Source of the DNA: Lama glama
Taxonomy: Eukaryota
Direction: 5' to 3'
DNA length: 64,000 bases
NCBI GenBank assembly: GCA_028534125.1
Contig: CM052816.1
Coordinates: 63,614,001 to 63,678,000 of the forward strand
This document shows positions 1 to 13,424 of the stretch, piece by piece (position 1 is the stretch's first letter; every line of letters starts with the position of its first letter). The notes below the pieces were generated by a model, which did not search any database, had not been told where the DNA came from, and saw nothing but the letters and a program-made list of their open reading frames with translations. Both the position numbers and the translations under genes were made by a program.

Positions 1-83
1 GATGTTTCAGTCATGGACCCAGCCAGCACTGTGCTGAGCTATATGGGAGTCTGAGGCAAAAGAAAGAATGTGCGCTACATATG

Positions 84-1278
84 TTCTCCTAGAGCAGTCT
101 ACCCAGGCAATAGAAATAAAAGCAAAAATAAACAAATGGGACCTAATTAAACTTATAAGCTTTTCAACAGCAAAGGAAACTATAAACAAAATGAAAAGAC
201 AATCTATGGAATGGGAGAAAATATTTGCAAACGACACGACTGACAAGGGCTCAATTTCCAGAATATACAAACAGCGCATACAACTCAATAACAAAAAAAA
301 ACCCAATCCAAAAATGGGCAGAAGACCTAAACAAACATTTCTCCAACGAAGACATACAAATGGCCAATAGGCACATGAGAAAAATGCTCAGTATCGCTAT
401 TAGAGAAATGCAAATCAAAACTACAATGAGGTATCACCTTATACCAGTCAGAATGGGCATCATTATAAGTCCACAAATGATAAATGCTGGAGAGAGTGTG
501 GAGAAAAGGGAACCCTCCTACATTGTTGGTGAGAATGTAGTTTAGCGCAGCCATAAAATAGTATGGAGATTCCTTTAAAAACTAAAAACAGACTTACCAT
601 ATCATCCCGCAATTCCACTCCTGGGCATATATCTGGAGGAAACTCTAATTCAAAAAGATACATGCACCTCAGTGTTTGTAGCAGCACTATTTACAATAGC
701 TAAGACATGGAAACAACCTCAATGTCCATTGACAGATGACTGGATAAAGAAGTTGTGATTTTATATATATATATATATATATATGGTATATTTACACACA
801 CACACATACACACACACATGCACAGTATATATAAATAAAAAAGAATAAAATAATGCCATCTGCAGCAACATGGATGGACCTGGAGATTGTCATACTAAAT
901 GAAGTAAGCCAGAAAGAGAAAGAAAAATACCATATGATATCACTTATATGTGGAATCTAAAAAAAAGACACAAATGAACTTGTTTACAAAACAGAAACAG
1001 ACTCATAGATATAGAAAACAAATTTGTGGTTACCAGAGGGGGAAGAGGGGATGCAGGGATAAGTTGGGAGTTTGGGATTTGCAGATACTAACTGCTATAT
1101 ATAAAATAGATAAACAGCAAAGTCCTACTGTGTAGCACAGGGAACTATATTCAATACCTTGCAATAGTGTATAATGAAAAAGAATATGAAAAGGAATATA
1201 TATGTATAACTGAATCACTATGCTGTACACCAGAAATGAAAACAACATTGTAAATTGACTATACTTCAATTAAAAAAA
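84..1278 (+). mobile_element. 5'-truncated LINE-1 (ORF2 3' end plus 3'UTR), decayed
   Basis: Frameshifted ORF2 peptides ([44 protein letters not shown]), L1 3'UTR and an A-tail at 1272-1278. Confidence 0.95.
762..822. repeat. (TA)n/(CA)n microsatellite inside L1
   Basis: Directly visible dinucleotide runs. Confidence 0.9.
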
Positions 1279-1949
1279 TGAGTATGTGCTGCATATAAAC
1301 TGGATAATGGCTTTCATGAAAATATTATTGATGAGTTTGCTTTTATTAAAGCTGGTAAAGTGAAATGATTATAAATTCTGTTTTCAGTACAAATAAAATA
1401 TTTCAGCTTAAAATAATGCAAACTTAAAATACAGTTCAAATACATCTATTTTTCAATGTTTTAGTGTTTTTAACTACTCCAATGTTCTGGAAAAAATCGT
1501 ATGTGTCGAAGGTAATGTTACCTAGCCCTGATTATAATTAAATAGTGAAACAGCCACAAAAGCGTGTATATCAGTGCACATTTTTCCTTCTGCCTTAGCC
1601 TCCAACGTGGCTTGGTGTAGGTCTATCAGCTCTTGTTTTTATTTAAAACTTTGTTATTTTGTTCACCGTGGATTTTTCAGCATTAAGTTAGATTCTTTAA
1701 AGTTAATTGCGTTAAAATATTATTTATCTTGATTACTGAGTTTTTGTTTCCCCTTAAATTTTGTGTATGAAGTGAGTACTTCAGTTGCTACACCCCAGAC
1801 CTGGCCTTGGTCCCACCTTCAATCCCAAGCAACTGTAATACAAAATGTACCACAGGAGCCGTGATCACCACGGTGGAGGAGACACTCAAATCCAACCAAT
1901 TTCCCCACAGGCCAGGTGAGACCAGGAAGCAACATGTCACAAGCTGGGG

Positions 1950-2110
1950 AGAAACATGAGCTTTGGGGGTCAGTTTTCAGAATAAAATCCTAGTTTGTTT
2001 CTTTACCACTCCACGTGAGCCTGTTTTCTTATCTCTAAAAGTGGTGAATACATTTTTATAGAGAGTTAACCGAGATAGCTTACGTAAAGCATATGGACTC
2101 TATAAATGTT
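1950..2110 (+). mobile_element. MIR SINE fragment
   Basis: gagcctgttttcttatctctaaaagtgg resembles the MIR core (gagcctcagtttcctcatctgtaaaatgg). Confidence 0.6.
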
Positions 2111-2589
2111 AACTTTTCCTCATCTTTATTTTAGAGATAGTAAATTGACTCACAAACATTAAGTTGCCCAAAGACGTGTTCCCAGAAGACTAGGGTTATA
2201 CATAATTCCTAGTCAAACTGCCCAAGAGAACGTGGATGTGCAGGTCTGAAACAGAGGCGGGATGCAGAACCCTTCAGTCCCACCGAAACAACACACAGCA
2301 ACACAGGAACTCTGAGTTCCATCTCCTCTTTCTGCCTCTACAAATACTTATTAGTAAGAGATGGGATTCCAAAAGATTAGAGGAAGGCAAGGAACTTGAG
2401 CAGTTTTTCAAAATAGGAGGCCGCTTGAAAATAGGAATTGGATATGTTTATTAATTGTACACACTTTGGTAAAATCCTTATGATGATTTAGATCTTATTT
2501 TATTTTAGAGGCTGATTCTGTAGAATAAATTGAAATTCTCATAGTGATGGCTGAAAGTCTTACATCTCTCCTAGGGATGATTAGCTGTG

Positions 2590-2990
2590 TTCACTATGAA
2601 ACTGTGCATGTATATATTTGGGACATTTTATAATAAAAAATACTTTATAATGAGTAAACTGCATGTCCAACAACAAAAGAATGATTATATAAATTATGGC
2701 ATATTATAGACTATTGTGCTGTCGTTAAAATGTATTTTCAGTGATTAATTATGGGGAAAAGGTTCATGACAAAAGGTAAAATGAAGAAAACTGGGACATA
2801 AAACTGTATAACATGAATATCACTTTGTAAAATTAAAAAATATGTTCACATCTGCAGAGAAAATAAGATATCAAAACATTAGTAATTAGTGGTGGGATTA
2901 TAGGTGCTTTTTAATTAAAAAAATCCTTACATAGATTTTTTTCTAAAAATGTCTTTAGTGAGGAAGTATTGTTTTTTCTATAGTTAATAA
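2590..2990 (+). mobile_element. old L1M 3' fragment
   Basis: atgtccaacaacaaaagaatgattatataaattatggcatatt and a 3'UTR-like tail typical of L1ME/L1MC. Confidence 0.55.
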
Positions 2991-3077
2991 GTATTTTAAA
3001 ACACAATTTCTGTGGTGGACTTTAAGTGACATCCAAAACAGACCTGCTCCATTTATTTTGGAGAAAATAAATTTCGC

Positions 3078-3139
3078 CACAACATTGTAAAATGATTATA
3101 AATAAATAAAAAATGTTTAAAAAAAAATAAATAAATAAA
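3078..3139 (+). mobile_element. extremely 5'-truncated young L1 (last ~40 nt plus A-rich tail)
   Basis: Near-identical to the L1 3' terminus at ~15770-15815. Perfect 16-bp TSD agaaaataaatttcgc at 3062-3077 and 3140-3155. Confidence 0.9.
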
Positions 3140-3860
3140 AGAAAATAAATTTCGCAATTAGAAAACCCCAATGTATGTTTAAATAGTCATACTAACCTTC
3201 AGGTTAAGAAAATTTTCAGTCACCTTTGTCCCCTCATTTAATTATAGTTCATAATGTCGAAAAGAGTTTTATTTCTGGTGCCACAGTGCTGCGACAGTTT
3301 TTGATAATTTGTTCTTACATGTTTTTACCTCAAGAATATAAGAAAAGTTAAGAGCAAAAGTACATAATGGAACATTGTATGTAGGGAGAAAAACTAGCTG
3401 ATTACACACTCAGAAAAAGAGGAATAGCACATTTCTCATTTGCAACAGCAATAAATAGAACAAAAGCTTTGGTTTGTTTCCCAGCTAGGATGTTAAAAAA
3501 GACATTTGATATGGAATGGCATATACTCCCTTCTTGATCTATTTCCTAACACCCTCTTCCTTATAAATGAATGTTTTCCAGTCATTTTGCTGATATGAAT
3601 ATTTCTTTATGCTCTTACAGTGATCTGTCCCCTTAAAACTAGACGGGAAGTAGACATGGGCATAATTGTTGCACATCACCTCTTTCCTGGAAGTGCCTTT
3701 CCCCGTCTATACAGCTACTGCAGAAATGGCCGGGTTCTTATGTAGCTGCTGCCTTATCTCAGTAGATTGGTCCAGCGGGTAGGAACTCCACACAACTTGA
3801 GTCAAGGGCTTCTGAACTTATCCTCTGCTGGAGAAAACTTTAGATGCAAATATTGGAAAC

Positions 3861-4328
3861 TGTTGTAAGTTGAATTGTGTCCCCTGCAAAAAGATATGTT
3901 GAAGCTCTAACCTCCTATTAACTCAGAATGTGACCTTATGTGGAAATAGGGTCTTTACAGAAGTAACAAGTTAAAATGAGATCATTAGGGTAGACCTGAA
4001 TCAATATGACTGGTGTCCTTATAAAACAGAGAAAGCTGGACACAGAGAAAGACACACACAGAAGGAGGACAATGTGAAGGCATACAGGGAGAAGATGGCC
4101 AGATGACTAGAGTGACACATGTACAAGCCAAAGGACACCAAGGACTGTCAGCAAACTCCAGAAGCTAGATGGGGCAAGGAAGGATTCTCTCCTAGAGCTG
4201 TCAGAGAGAGCATGGCCTTGTCAACACCTTTATCTTGAACTGCTAATCTCCAGAACTGTGAGACAATACATTTCTATTAAGTCATCCAGTTTTGGGAATG
4301 TTGTTATGGCAGCCCTGGGAAATAACAC
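3861..4328 (+). mobile_element. MaLR solo LTR (MLT1B/C-like), nested in an older LTR-like segment (~3650-4590)
   Basis: tgttgtaagttgaattgtgtcccc start, gaatgtgaccttatgtggaaatagggtctttacag, and ggcagccctgggaaataacaca end. Confidence 0.85.
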
Positions 4329-4904
4329 AATGTTGCTTCCCATTATGTGGAGAGAACTAATGAGAGAGTAGGCAGTGTTTTGCAGAATGTAATGTTGCAA
4401 AAGTCACAGAAAGTCTTAATAACTTTTGGTTGTTGGCTTTGAGTCCTTTCTTAGGATTAGCTGCATAGCTGTCCTTCCTGTGTGTTGGTCATTTATTCAG
4501 TCCTTCCTTGGATCTCATGAACTAATCACCTCCCCTTTGGTTTAAGTTAATTGAGTTGGGTTTCTGGCATTCACAATGTGAGAGTAACTAATGAAGAAGC
4601 ATCCTGAGTGTCTAAGGAGCCCAGGAATGTGACATCTTTGAACAAAGATGATATCAAACTTCTTTGGGTATTGTCCACCTGAAAGTCAAGGTTCTCCTTT
4701 TCTAATTCTATAAAACACTTAGATATTATATTTCCTCCCATAAGATCAGAAAAAATTTACTTGCAGGAAATACGTCTTTATTATATGGATGCAGGCAGGT
4801 CTTATGCATCTAAGCTTTTTATGTATTTGCTATTTGTTCCTTTACATTGTCTTCTAACTTTCAAAATCATAGCTGCCAAAACCTAAGAAAAATTATGGGA
4901 GAAA

Positions 4905-5930
4905 TAAATTTTTGTTCAACGATAGAAAACCCACCATGTGTCACGCATTGAGCCAGGTGCTAGATTACAATTATGAGCAAGACTAAATCTCTGTCTTCAA
5001 TGAGTTTATAATCTAGTAGTGGGGGGAGAAGTAAGTAGGCAATTGAAATACAGTAGCTGTAAGTGCTCTGATTTGAGTGCCATGTAAAACTACCGGTCAT
5101 CTAATCAGTGTGGAGGGGAAAGAGGTTTCCCCTGAAAAGAAGATATCTGAACTGAGATCTGAAAGTTCACAGATTTAATCAGATTTAGGGATGTGGGTTT
5201 AGGGAGTAGAGGGGGAAGACATTCTAGACTGAAGCAAAAACATTTCAGAAAGTCCTGGAGGCAAGAGAGAACACAGAATTTCAAGTAAGTCAGAATGGCT
5301 AGGCTACAGAGTGCAAAAGATGAGACAGCAATAAACTGGAGATGGATCAAGAAATGCCTTTTATGCCACCCAAGAGTTTGGCTTTAGACTGAGGGCAATG
5401 GGGAACAGGTTTTGAGCAGGAGGGTAAGAAAAAAAATCAGATTTGAGTTTTTAAAATGCTTAGAAGTCCAATTAAGAAGCCTGTGATGTGATGCAGGTTT
5501 GAACAGATGGCTGCTTCCTTGACAAAAGTGGTGGCAATAGAGGTGGACAGGAACGTACTAGATCAAGAGAAACTGAGGGTGGAATTGATGGGATTGGGTC
5601 ATGGATTGGATGTGAGGGAGAGAAAGTAAAAGATGACATTCAAGTGTCTGGTTTAGGTTTTCTGCTGGATGCAAGTACCAGTCACTGAGAGATGAGGTCA
5701 TTGCTGAGTGTGAGGGCTGCAGCACAAGCAGTGGAGATGTTCATCAGGGGGTTAGATATATAGCACTGGTGCTCACCGGGGGAATCTGGCAACTTGCGTG
5801 TTGACTAAATATAGTTAATAACTGACACTGTGGCTAAGATTACACAGGGGGAATGGATGAGATTTCCAAAGGAGACTTATTATGTATGAAAATAATGGAA
5901 GTGAGGACAGATCTCCAGGAAACTTCAACA
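4905..5930 (-). mobile_element. LINE-2 3' region
   Basis: Typical L2 antisense motifs (ccaggtgctagattaca, gagtttataatctag, gggcaatggggaac, ggattggatgtgaggg). Confidence 0.75.
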
Positions 5931-8384
5931 CTTCAAAGACCATTTTTGGAAGCTGTTCCAAGTAAACAGCCTGGTTTCTGGAACTCCACACTATGAAACA
6001 CAGGTCCCCATGAAGGGTGGCACCCTACGGCACTGTCACACATCCTGTGAGTGAAGCAGATATTACAACAACAATGGAAAATTTACAAATTAGAAAGAAA
6101 AAATAATCTCCCAGCATCCCACCACTGTACCCATTTGTTTTTCTCTGGTTCATCTGGGTTTCTCCACGGAGCTCATAGTTGATGCTGATCACACCTCAGG
6201 GTTCACCTTTGGCCTTTGTTTTGGTCAAAAGATGAGTTTATATCATTCTTGAGGCAAACACACGCTGAGACTTGAGGGGCCACCTGCATTTTGGGTTGAG
6301 ACAGAGCCTTAGAGAGACCCCTGATCAATCCATTGTGGAACAAATATTAATATTGAACATCCCTGCTAGCTGTCTGAGGTTTCTTATTTCAGGCCCCCTT
6401 AAGGCTGTTATTTCCTGGGCTTATATTTAAAACCAAAGCCCACATTTATTTTTGAGAAAGAACAGAATTAAAATTCAGCAGACAGTTGTTCATGCTGTAT
6501 AAATAAATTCCTCCTCAGAAAGTGAAGTAATCCTTTTCCTCAGGGATTACAGAACTGCCTACAATCACTGTTGTCATCACATCGAGAGCTCAGTCTTTGT
6601 GGCATCTCTACTTTCCTGAAGGAGGAAGTCAGTAGCTATTATCTAAATGTATGTCATATACGTGGATTTTTACTACTAACTCTGAATGTTTTGGGATATA
6701 CAAGTAAACGTTTCTTGATCTGTAATCTCCCTAAAGTGAACGTAAAATACGCCGTGATCTGAACTGAAGAATAGCATGCATGGTTAAATTAGCAAAGACA
6801 GCAAATACTGCAGCAAATATTGTCCTCTGGTAATCTTCTGACACCAAATGAGGTTTCTTGTTATTTCGTGCCTTTCCCACCCATTTTTAACAGTGATAGG
6901 ATTCCTAACTCTCTTTTATGTTGTCATGTTGGGGACCTAATTTGATCAAGAATAGTATTTTTTCACACACTTTTCCTCTGAATAATAGGGCAGCCACCTA
7001 ACTGGTCCTGATCTATTATTTGGACACTACTAAGCAAACACTCGGCTTTTTATTTTTATTTTTTGGCCTCAGGAATCTGCTCATGTGTCAGATTTTGGTG
7101 GGTGCTTTCAACACAAAGCGGAGGTAACTCAATTACCTTTGACACTCCTGAACATGTGGGAATGTCATCCCAGACAGGCTTCTGGCTGCCATGTACTCTG
7201 GAAACTGAATCATAACACACTCAGTGACAGTGTTTATTCTCATGGAAATAATGTAATAATTAAAGATTGCATTCCTCGGTCAGGGACATTTGGTCAAATA
7301 CTCCAAAACATTATTAAATAAAATACATGACAATATAAGTTTCTAAACCAATAAAAAATAGTAAAAATTTTCTCTAGCGCCTATAAATTGGGCCTACTTT
7401 GTTGTCACCTTGATTACACTAGGGACCCTAATGATGTACAAAATGTACTAATAGTACACAAAAATGTAACTTCAATGTGGTGTAAATTTGCTCTAAAACT
7501 AATATACTCGTGATAATAAACAATAAACATTTAACTAAGAACAATTTTGCTTCTTTCTCAGAATAGAAAAGCTTTTTGGTAGCATTCGGGAAGGCTCAGA
7601 TTTCTTTAAAACATCTGTCTAGGGAAATTTGAACTAATTTCTCTTTTATTTCCCTCTTGTAAAAATTCCCTTAGCAAGCAAATGTATTCAAAACCATCCA
7701 ATTGATCTTAAACCGTATTTTATAAAAATATCCTGGAGTTTTTCCTTTTTGTCCTATAGTCTGAAAGTGCTGAGGTGAGGTGTCTGAATGGTGCACAGAC
7801 ATGAAGGGAACTGGGAAATTAGGAACAGCCGAGCTTAGAGAGGGACCATAGTCTGGCTTTCCAGTAGCACAGTAGGTATGTGGGAGGTGGGGTTTGGCTT
7901 CATCCTTTCTGTTTTCTGACCTTATTTCCAAGGACACAGTGTAAAAAATGAAGACTTTCTGGAGCTTATTTAAAACTAAAATAAAAATTAAAGAATGACA
8001 CTAAGATATTAGCTTCATGGTAAGTTCATAGCTTGGCACTCTTCCTCTTCAAAACCAAAAAATTTCTTCAAAGCAAACCACCCATCCCAAATTCAGACAC
8101 ACTCCATCCTTCCATTTCCCCCAGAGCCGTCTGGTCATATCAGTTCAATGTCATACTTGCTGAGGCCATAAACACCCAGGCACAAATATGGGCAGAAGAC
8201 CCATTCAATTCACTGATGCAACCTACTGATGCAACCCTACTGAGATTGTCTTTTTCCATGGACATTTAACAAAGTCATAGGAGAATTTAACTTTCTCTTT
8301 CCTCATATCTTCTCTTATCTGTTTACCTATTCTCCTCAAATCTCCTAACCCAGTCGTGGAGAGAACTGTCAGCACAAACTAAGT

Positions 8385-8560
8385 ATACTACATGTATTAT
8401 TGCATTTAATCCCCATGTGAGTTAGAGATTTTTAATTTCACTTTACAGTTAAGAAAACTAAGGCTCTGCAGAGTTCATTAACTTGCCCAAGATCACACAG
8501 CTAGTAGGTGATAAGGCTGTGAGTCTAACTTGAATGTCTTGCTTAAAGCCCACTTCACAG
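8385..8560 (-). mobile_element. MIR SINE
   Basis: ctttacagttaagaaaactaaggctc...aacttgcccaagatcacacagctagtagg matches the MIR core. Confidence 0.8.
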
Positions 8561-10959
8561 TAAGATCATCCTACTTGGCCACTGAGTGTTCTCATGAGGC
8601 ACAGCTGGCTTCTGAGATGTCTCTCCCTCCCATAGCAACTCACGCTTGGGATCTTGCCTGATACTCTTCACTGCATTCAAACTTAACCCTCACTCATTCA
8701 ACCAATTTTATTGGAAAACCTCTATGTGCAGGAAAGGCCACTTTGAAACCAGAGCTCTCCCAAGTGAACCAAAGGCTTCTTAGAAACAACATTCTAATCT
8801 GGATTGCTATGGAAGAAACTCAAAAAGCCCTCATCCCCTCCACTTCTATTCTTGGATGGGTTTGGTCTCTAGCTGGTTCAGAAATTCTTATCCTCATTTA
8901 GACTCTCTGAGGGAGTGGCTCATTCCAGTGCAGCCCCACCTCATTCTGCCCATAGCAGGCTTCCCTGCTGGCTCCACTCCCCACAGGCTTGCACCGAGAG
9001 GGGACAGCTGTGGGGCCCACTCTGCGTAGAGGCAAGCATGCGTGTTCCCAGACAGGACATGTCCTCATCCTCTGGAAAACCTAATGGCTGCTTTCCTGCT
9101 TTAGTCACATTCTTTAGCTAAACCTTTTGAGGATGACTAAGACATTCTGTGTCCTGAAATTGGGAGTGGTTTTAAAAAGTGACCTCAACTGTTAGATTCC
9201 AATGATCTAAGCTTCCAACCCCATGCAGCAAAGAAGTCTTTCCCTTGGTCTACGTTTTTCCTCCTTCCATTTTCAAACATGATGTACCTTATTTGTATTC
9301 AAAGTGGCTCAAATTTCAAGTACCATTCATTAGGGATGTTGATCCCTAAATACATAGATGCCTGTGTCTACATATTCAGATAGTGAGTGGGAGGGAGGCA
9401 AGAGATGTCAAATTCACAGCTTGTTTTCCTCCATTCCTTTTCATCAGACTCTGTTCTATTCTCTCTTCAGACACCTGTTTCTCCTTTTATTTTTCCAGTT
9501 GACAATAGTAAGTGTTACCTCAGAATCTAGAGCTAACCTCTAAGTAAGTGCTCCTTGGCTGAGAATACCTTTAATACCCAATCAATAACAACCGGTCTCA
9601 GCGTCAAGTTGTGGGTGATGGTGGACGTAGGACATTGTCACCGCGCGGGGAGTACCCCACCCATAGATAAGTGGGAAAGCTACTGATGAGAGATCCTTCC
9701 CCCAGAATGGCTCTTTCAAAATCATGTCAGAGTACTTATAATTTCCATCTTTAATTACTTCTCCTTCTTTTTTATTTCAAAGCCAACTTTCCCCATGCTG
9801 GTATTCAAGAAAATATTAACAAGCGCTCAATGCTCGAATACATTTGGAAAACGGGGTTAAACTAAGCTAAGTAGTTTTCTAAGCTGCCGGCTGCCGGGAG
9901 GCTTTACCATGTGAATATGCATTATCATTGTTCACAAAGGGGTTTGTCATGTGTAGCATTTCCCAGTTATTTGACCATGGAACCTCTTTTTTCATAGCAG
10001 GCCTATTAATAGCTCCTGGAACAGAATTCCAATAATCATAGCATGGCGAACACTGAAGGTCTTTGTCAAAAGCTTTGAAAGTCCTTGACAAAGCTGCATG
10101 TATTGTCCATAAGAGGTAATGCAGTTGACCACCATTATCCAAGAATAAGTTGGCTGAAATTAGCTAGTGGGTCACTTGGCAGGGCTTCCTCTGCTTGATT
10201 TTGAATACTTGTTCCATAATTGCTATGTGACTGAGGGCTGATGCTCCTTCCTCCTCTGTGATTCATAGCCCCCACTTTACAAGCTCATGGGGGCATCAGA
10301 GGAAATGTCTGTAGAACCCCAGCAACAGCCACTCTCTCAGTCCCTAGTCCCCACAGCAAAACACTATAAGAAGCTTTGTCTATTTTAGACATTCTCTGGC
10401 TTAAAAGGAGGAAAGATTTTCCTTACTAACCTAATTGAACTTAATCCCCATCTACATCTCCTCATAGCTTCACACCTCTGAAAAACATGGCCTTAATCAG
10501 AAACGACAGCTAAATAATGGGCAGAGCAGAGAATTAGAAGGAAAAATGCTGAAGGATATTCTGTATTAAAATTTCCTGGGCAGTTTGAAAGAGGTGTTTG
10601 ATGCAGAGAACTCTCACAGGGGTGGTTGCGTGAAGGCAGAATCAATGTACCATGGCTTAGATTTTGTAGAAATCTTTTCAGCCGGCAGTGAAGGCAAACT
10701 GCTCATTGACGTTCCATCCTCCGCTGCGTCTTGACCAGCTCTGCAGGCACGGAGACAGGTGATTAAGAAGAAACTTGGGGCTCTGCCCTGAGATGCGGAA
10801 CGGACTCTCAGCAGGCCTCCACACACACTTTAAAAATTAAATTCTTGAAGATCATCTGAGTGCTATGCTGTATGTGAACATAACTCTTAAGAGTCTGTAA
10901 AGCACTTTCTTTCCTCAATTGATTAAAAAAATAATTTTATTCTGTTTAAAAAATTTTAA

Positions 10960-11371
10960 TTTTTACTTATTTATTTTGTTGAGGTATAACTGACATATAA
11001 CAGTATATTAGTTTTGGGTGTACAATATAATGATCTGATATTTGTATAGATTGCAAAATGATCACCACAGTAAGTTTAATTAACATCCATCAATATACAT
11101 AGTTATTTTTTTTCTTATGATGAGAACATTTAAGATTCACACTTTCAGTAACTTTCAAATATATAATATAGTATTACTGAAATAGTCACCACGTTGTACA
11201 TTACATCCCCATGACTTGTCTATTTTATAACTGCAAGTTTGTACCTTTTGACCACCTTCACCCGTTTGGCACACCCCCCTAACCCCTGCTTCTGGCAACC
11301 ACCAATCTGTTCTCTGTATTTATGAGTTCAAGGTTTTTTCTAGATTTTCTAGATAAGTGAGATCATATGGT
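10960..11371 (-). mobile_element. L1 3' end (L1MA-like)
   Basis: ttgaggtataactgacatataac...ctggcaaccaccaatctgttctctgtatttatgag...gataagtgagatcatatgg. Confidence 0.85.
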
Positions 11372-11765
11372 AAGACTTTATTTTTTAGAGCAGTTTTCGG
11401 TTTACAGAAAAACTTCCCAGAAAGTACAAAGGGTTATCACATACCCATCCCTTCTCCCTGCACAGCTTCTCCTATTATTAACATCTTGCGTTAGTGTGGT
11501 CTGTTTGTTATAATTGATGAACCAATATTGGTACATTCTTACTAAGCAAAGTCCATGGTTTACATTAGGGTTCACTTTTTGAGTTACGTACTTCTATGGG
11601 CTCTGACAGATATATGATGTCATGTGTTCACCATTACAGTATCATACAGAATAGTTTCACTGCCTTAAAAATATCCTGTTCTCCATCTATTCATTCCTGA
11701 GTTCCTAGAAACTACTGGTCTTTTTCTTATATAGTTTTGCCTTTTCTACAATGTCATATTGTTAG
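11372..11765 (-). mobile_element. older L1 3' end (L1MB/L1MD-like)
   Basis: agactttattttttagagcagttttcggtttacagaaaaa...cagaatagtttcactgccttaaaaat. Confidence 0.8.
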
Positions 11766-12639
11766 CCAAATTGATTTTAATGTCCTTGACAACCCTGTAG
11801 TTGGGTAACTTTTACTACTTCCATCACAGAGGAGACAAAGTCATTGAGGTGAAGTGACATATTTGAGTTCCCACAAATTGAGAGTGCCAAAGCCAGGACT
11901 AGAACCAGGCAAGAGCATGAATAGCTGCTGATCTCAGAAAGGGGTTAATTGCTCAGGAGGTGGACTGCCAGCTCGCAGGAGGCCTCTCAGCCCAGGCACC
12001 TTAGTTCCTAATGGTAGCTAGAAGGAGGAAGAGTGCACATTTTCAAAGGAGACTGGACGTCTGATATTGGCGAGATGAGGCTCAGAGGTGACTTCAGAGA
12101 CACTGGGTCCAGTGCCCCACAATTAAGAAGAAAGGCCAGCCCCTGCCAGGCTGACTCAGAGGGCATACTGAGTCATCTTGTGTGTCCTCTCTGCTGCTAC
12201 TTACGGGCTCCCAGTTGCTGACATTTGTTGGTTAAATGCTCACACAACCAGTTTTGCCTAAAGCAGTATCGCTATGGGGTGTTGAGAATAAACAGGGTGA
12301 CAGGTGTTGTGGGAGAGTCATTTTAAAAAGTCTTAGTAGCTGATTCTTTTTTTAAAGCTCTCTATGCTTGAAATACAAGTATTCTGAAAGAAAACAAAAG
12401 CCAAGACCCTTCCCGTACAGAGCTGCTGGATGTTAAGACTCTTTGGGCTGCTGGTGTTGGCAGAGGCACGGGTCAATATTATTGAAGTTGTTGATGAGAA
12501 CAGTGCAGGAAATGAAGGGAAGGAGGTGATGAGAGAAAAAGACTGAAATGTAGTCACTTAGGCAACTTAGGTGTGTTTATTACTGTAAAGAGATGACAAC
12601 ACCACCACCCCCATCAGTCTGAGTCTGACAGACTGAGTA

Positions 12640-13060
12640 GACAGACTGCTCATGCAAATAGAGTGACTGAGGAAGGATTAGTGAAAGGGCTCTAGGAAGG
12701 TGTGGGCAGGAGTAAGGGAAACATCCCAGAGCTAGCCACTCAGGGATCCATTACCACTTCCAGGTCTAAAGAGGCGAGGGGAGGGCGCAGCTACTAGAAC
12801 CCAGAGAGAGACCTGTAGTTTAGCAAAAGGTTGCCTGACTCCTCTGGGTCCTTTTGTCTAGAAAAGCAGATCCACAGGGAGGGAGCTGTGGATCTCATCC
12901 TCTTATCTGCTGCTGGTGACTCCCAGTGGCCAAACTCCCGTAAGATGGAGAGTAAGAAAGCCCACATGATGCAATCCGTGAAGGTCAGCATTCTGAGCAG
13001 GGAAGACAAGTACAGGGAGTGGATCAAGAGGCCTGCGCACCAGACATCTTCAACTACAGG
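12640..13060. mobile_element. old MaLR LTR (MLT1N/M-like)
   Basis: gaaggtgtgggcagg and cccagtggccaaactcc...gcccacatgatgcaatcc motifs, shared with copies at ~21300 and ~61500. Confidence 0.5.
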
Positions 13061-13424
13061 GAAGAGGCTGTGTTAACACTCTAGGGTTGGATGGACAGTG
13101 CCAGAAATGTTGTTGAAATCTGTTTTCTTTAGTTTATATTAATAGCAAATATATTATTAACTTATTAAAATATTAATTTGAAATGTATTGAGCATACAGT
13201 TTAAACTTTACATATCCCTTGGTTCCTGAAAATTCTAAAGTGCCTTTTTAGAAGGGTATGTCTCTTACAAACCCCTACTGAAAATCACTAAGAAGTAAGA
13301 CAAGGGAAGATTGTGTTAAAGTTGAGTGGATATATATGGAAAGCTTAGTTAAAAAGCCATTGAATAGTTGAAATAATAAAAAGAGGGTCCCAGTTTATAC
13401 CTAGGCTGAGCTTACATTTTCCCA

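Larger units (their letters stand above)
20..1810. mobile_element. hAT (Tip100-group, MER96B-like) DNA transposon remnants, interrupted by the L1 at 84-1278
   Basis: 1575-1810 on - resembles MER96B (aaactcagtaatcaagataaataatattttaacgcaatt). 24-70 on + resembles the same subterminal motif (gctgagctatatgggagtctgaggcaaaag). 1321-1368 translates NIIDEFAFIKAGKVK*, like a hAT transposase C-terminus. Confidence 0.5.

Noticed and set aside
8212..8243. 13-14 bp tandem repeat actgatgcaacc(c)t
   Set aside because: Ordinary slippage duplication with only about two units; not an array.
10682..10758. Possible exon (ttttcag|...cag|gtgatt)
   Set aside because: Weak donor, no recognisable peptide and no partner exons.
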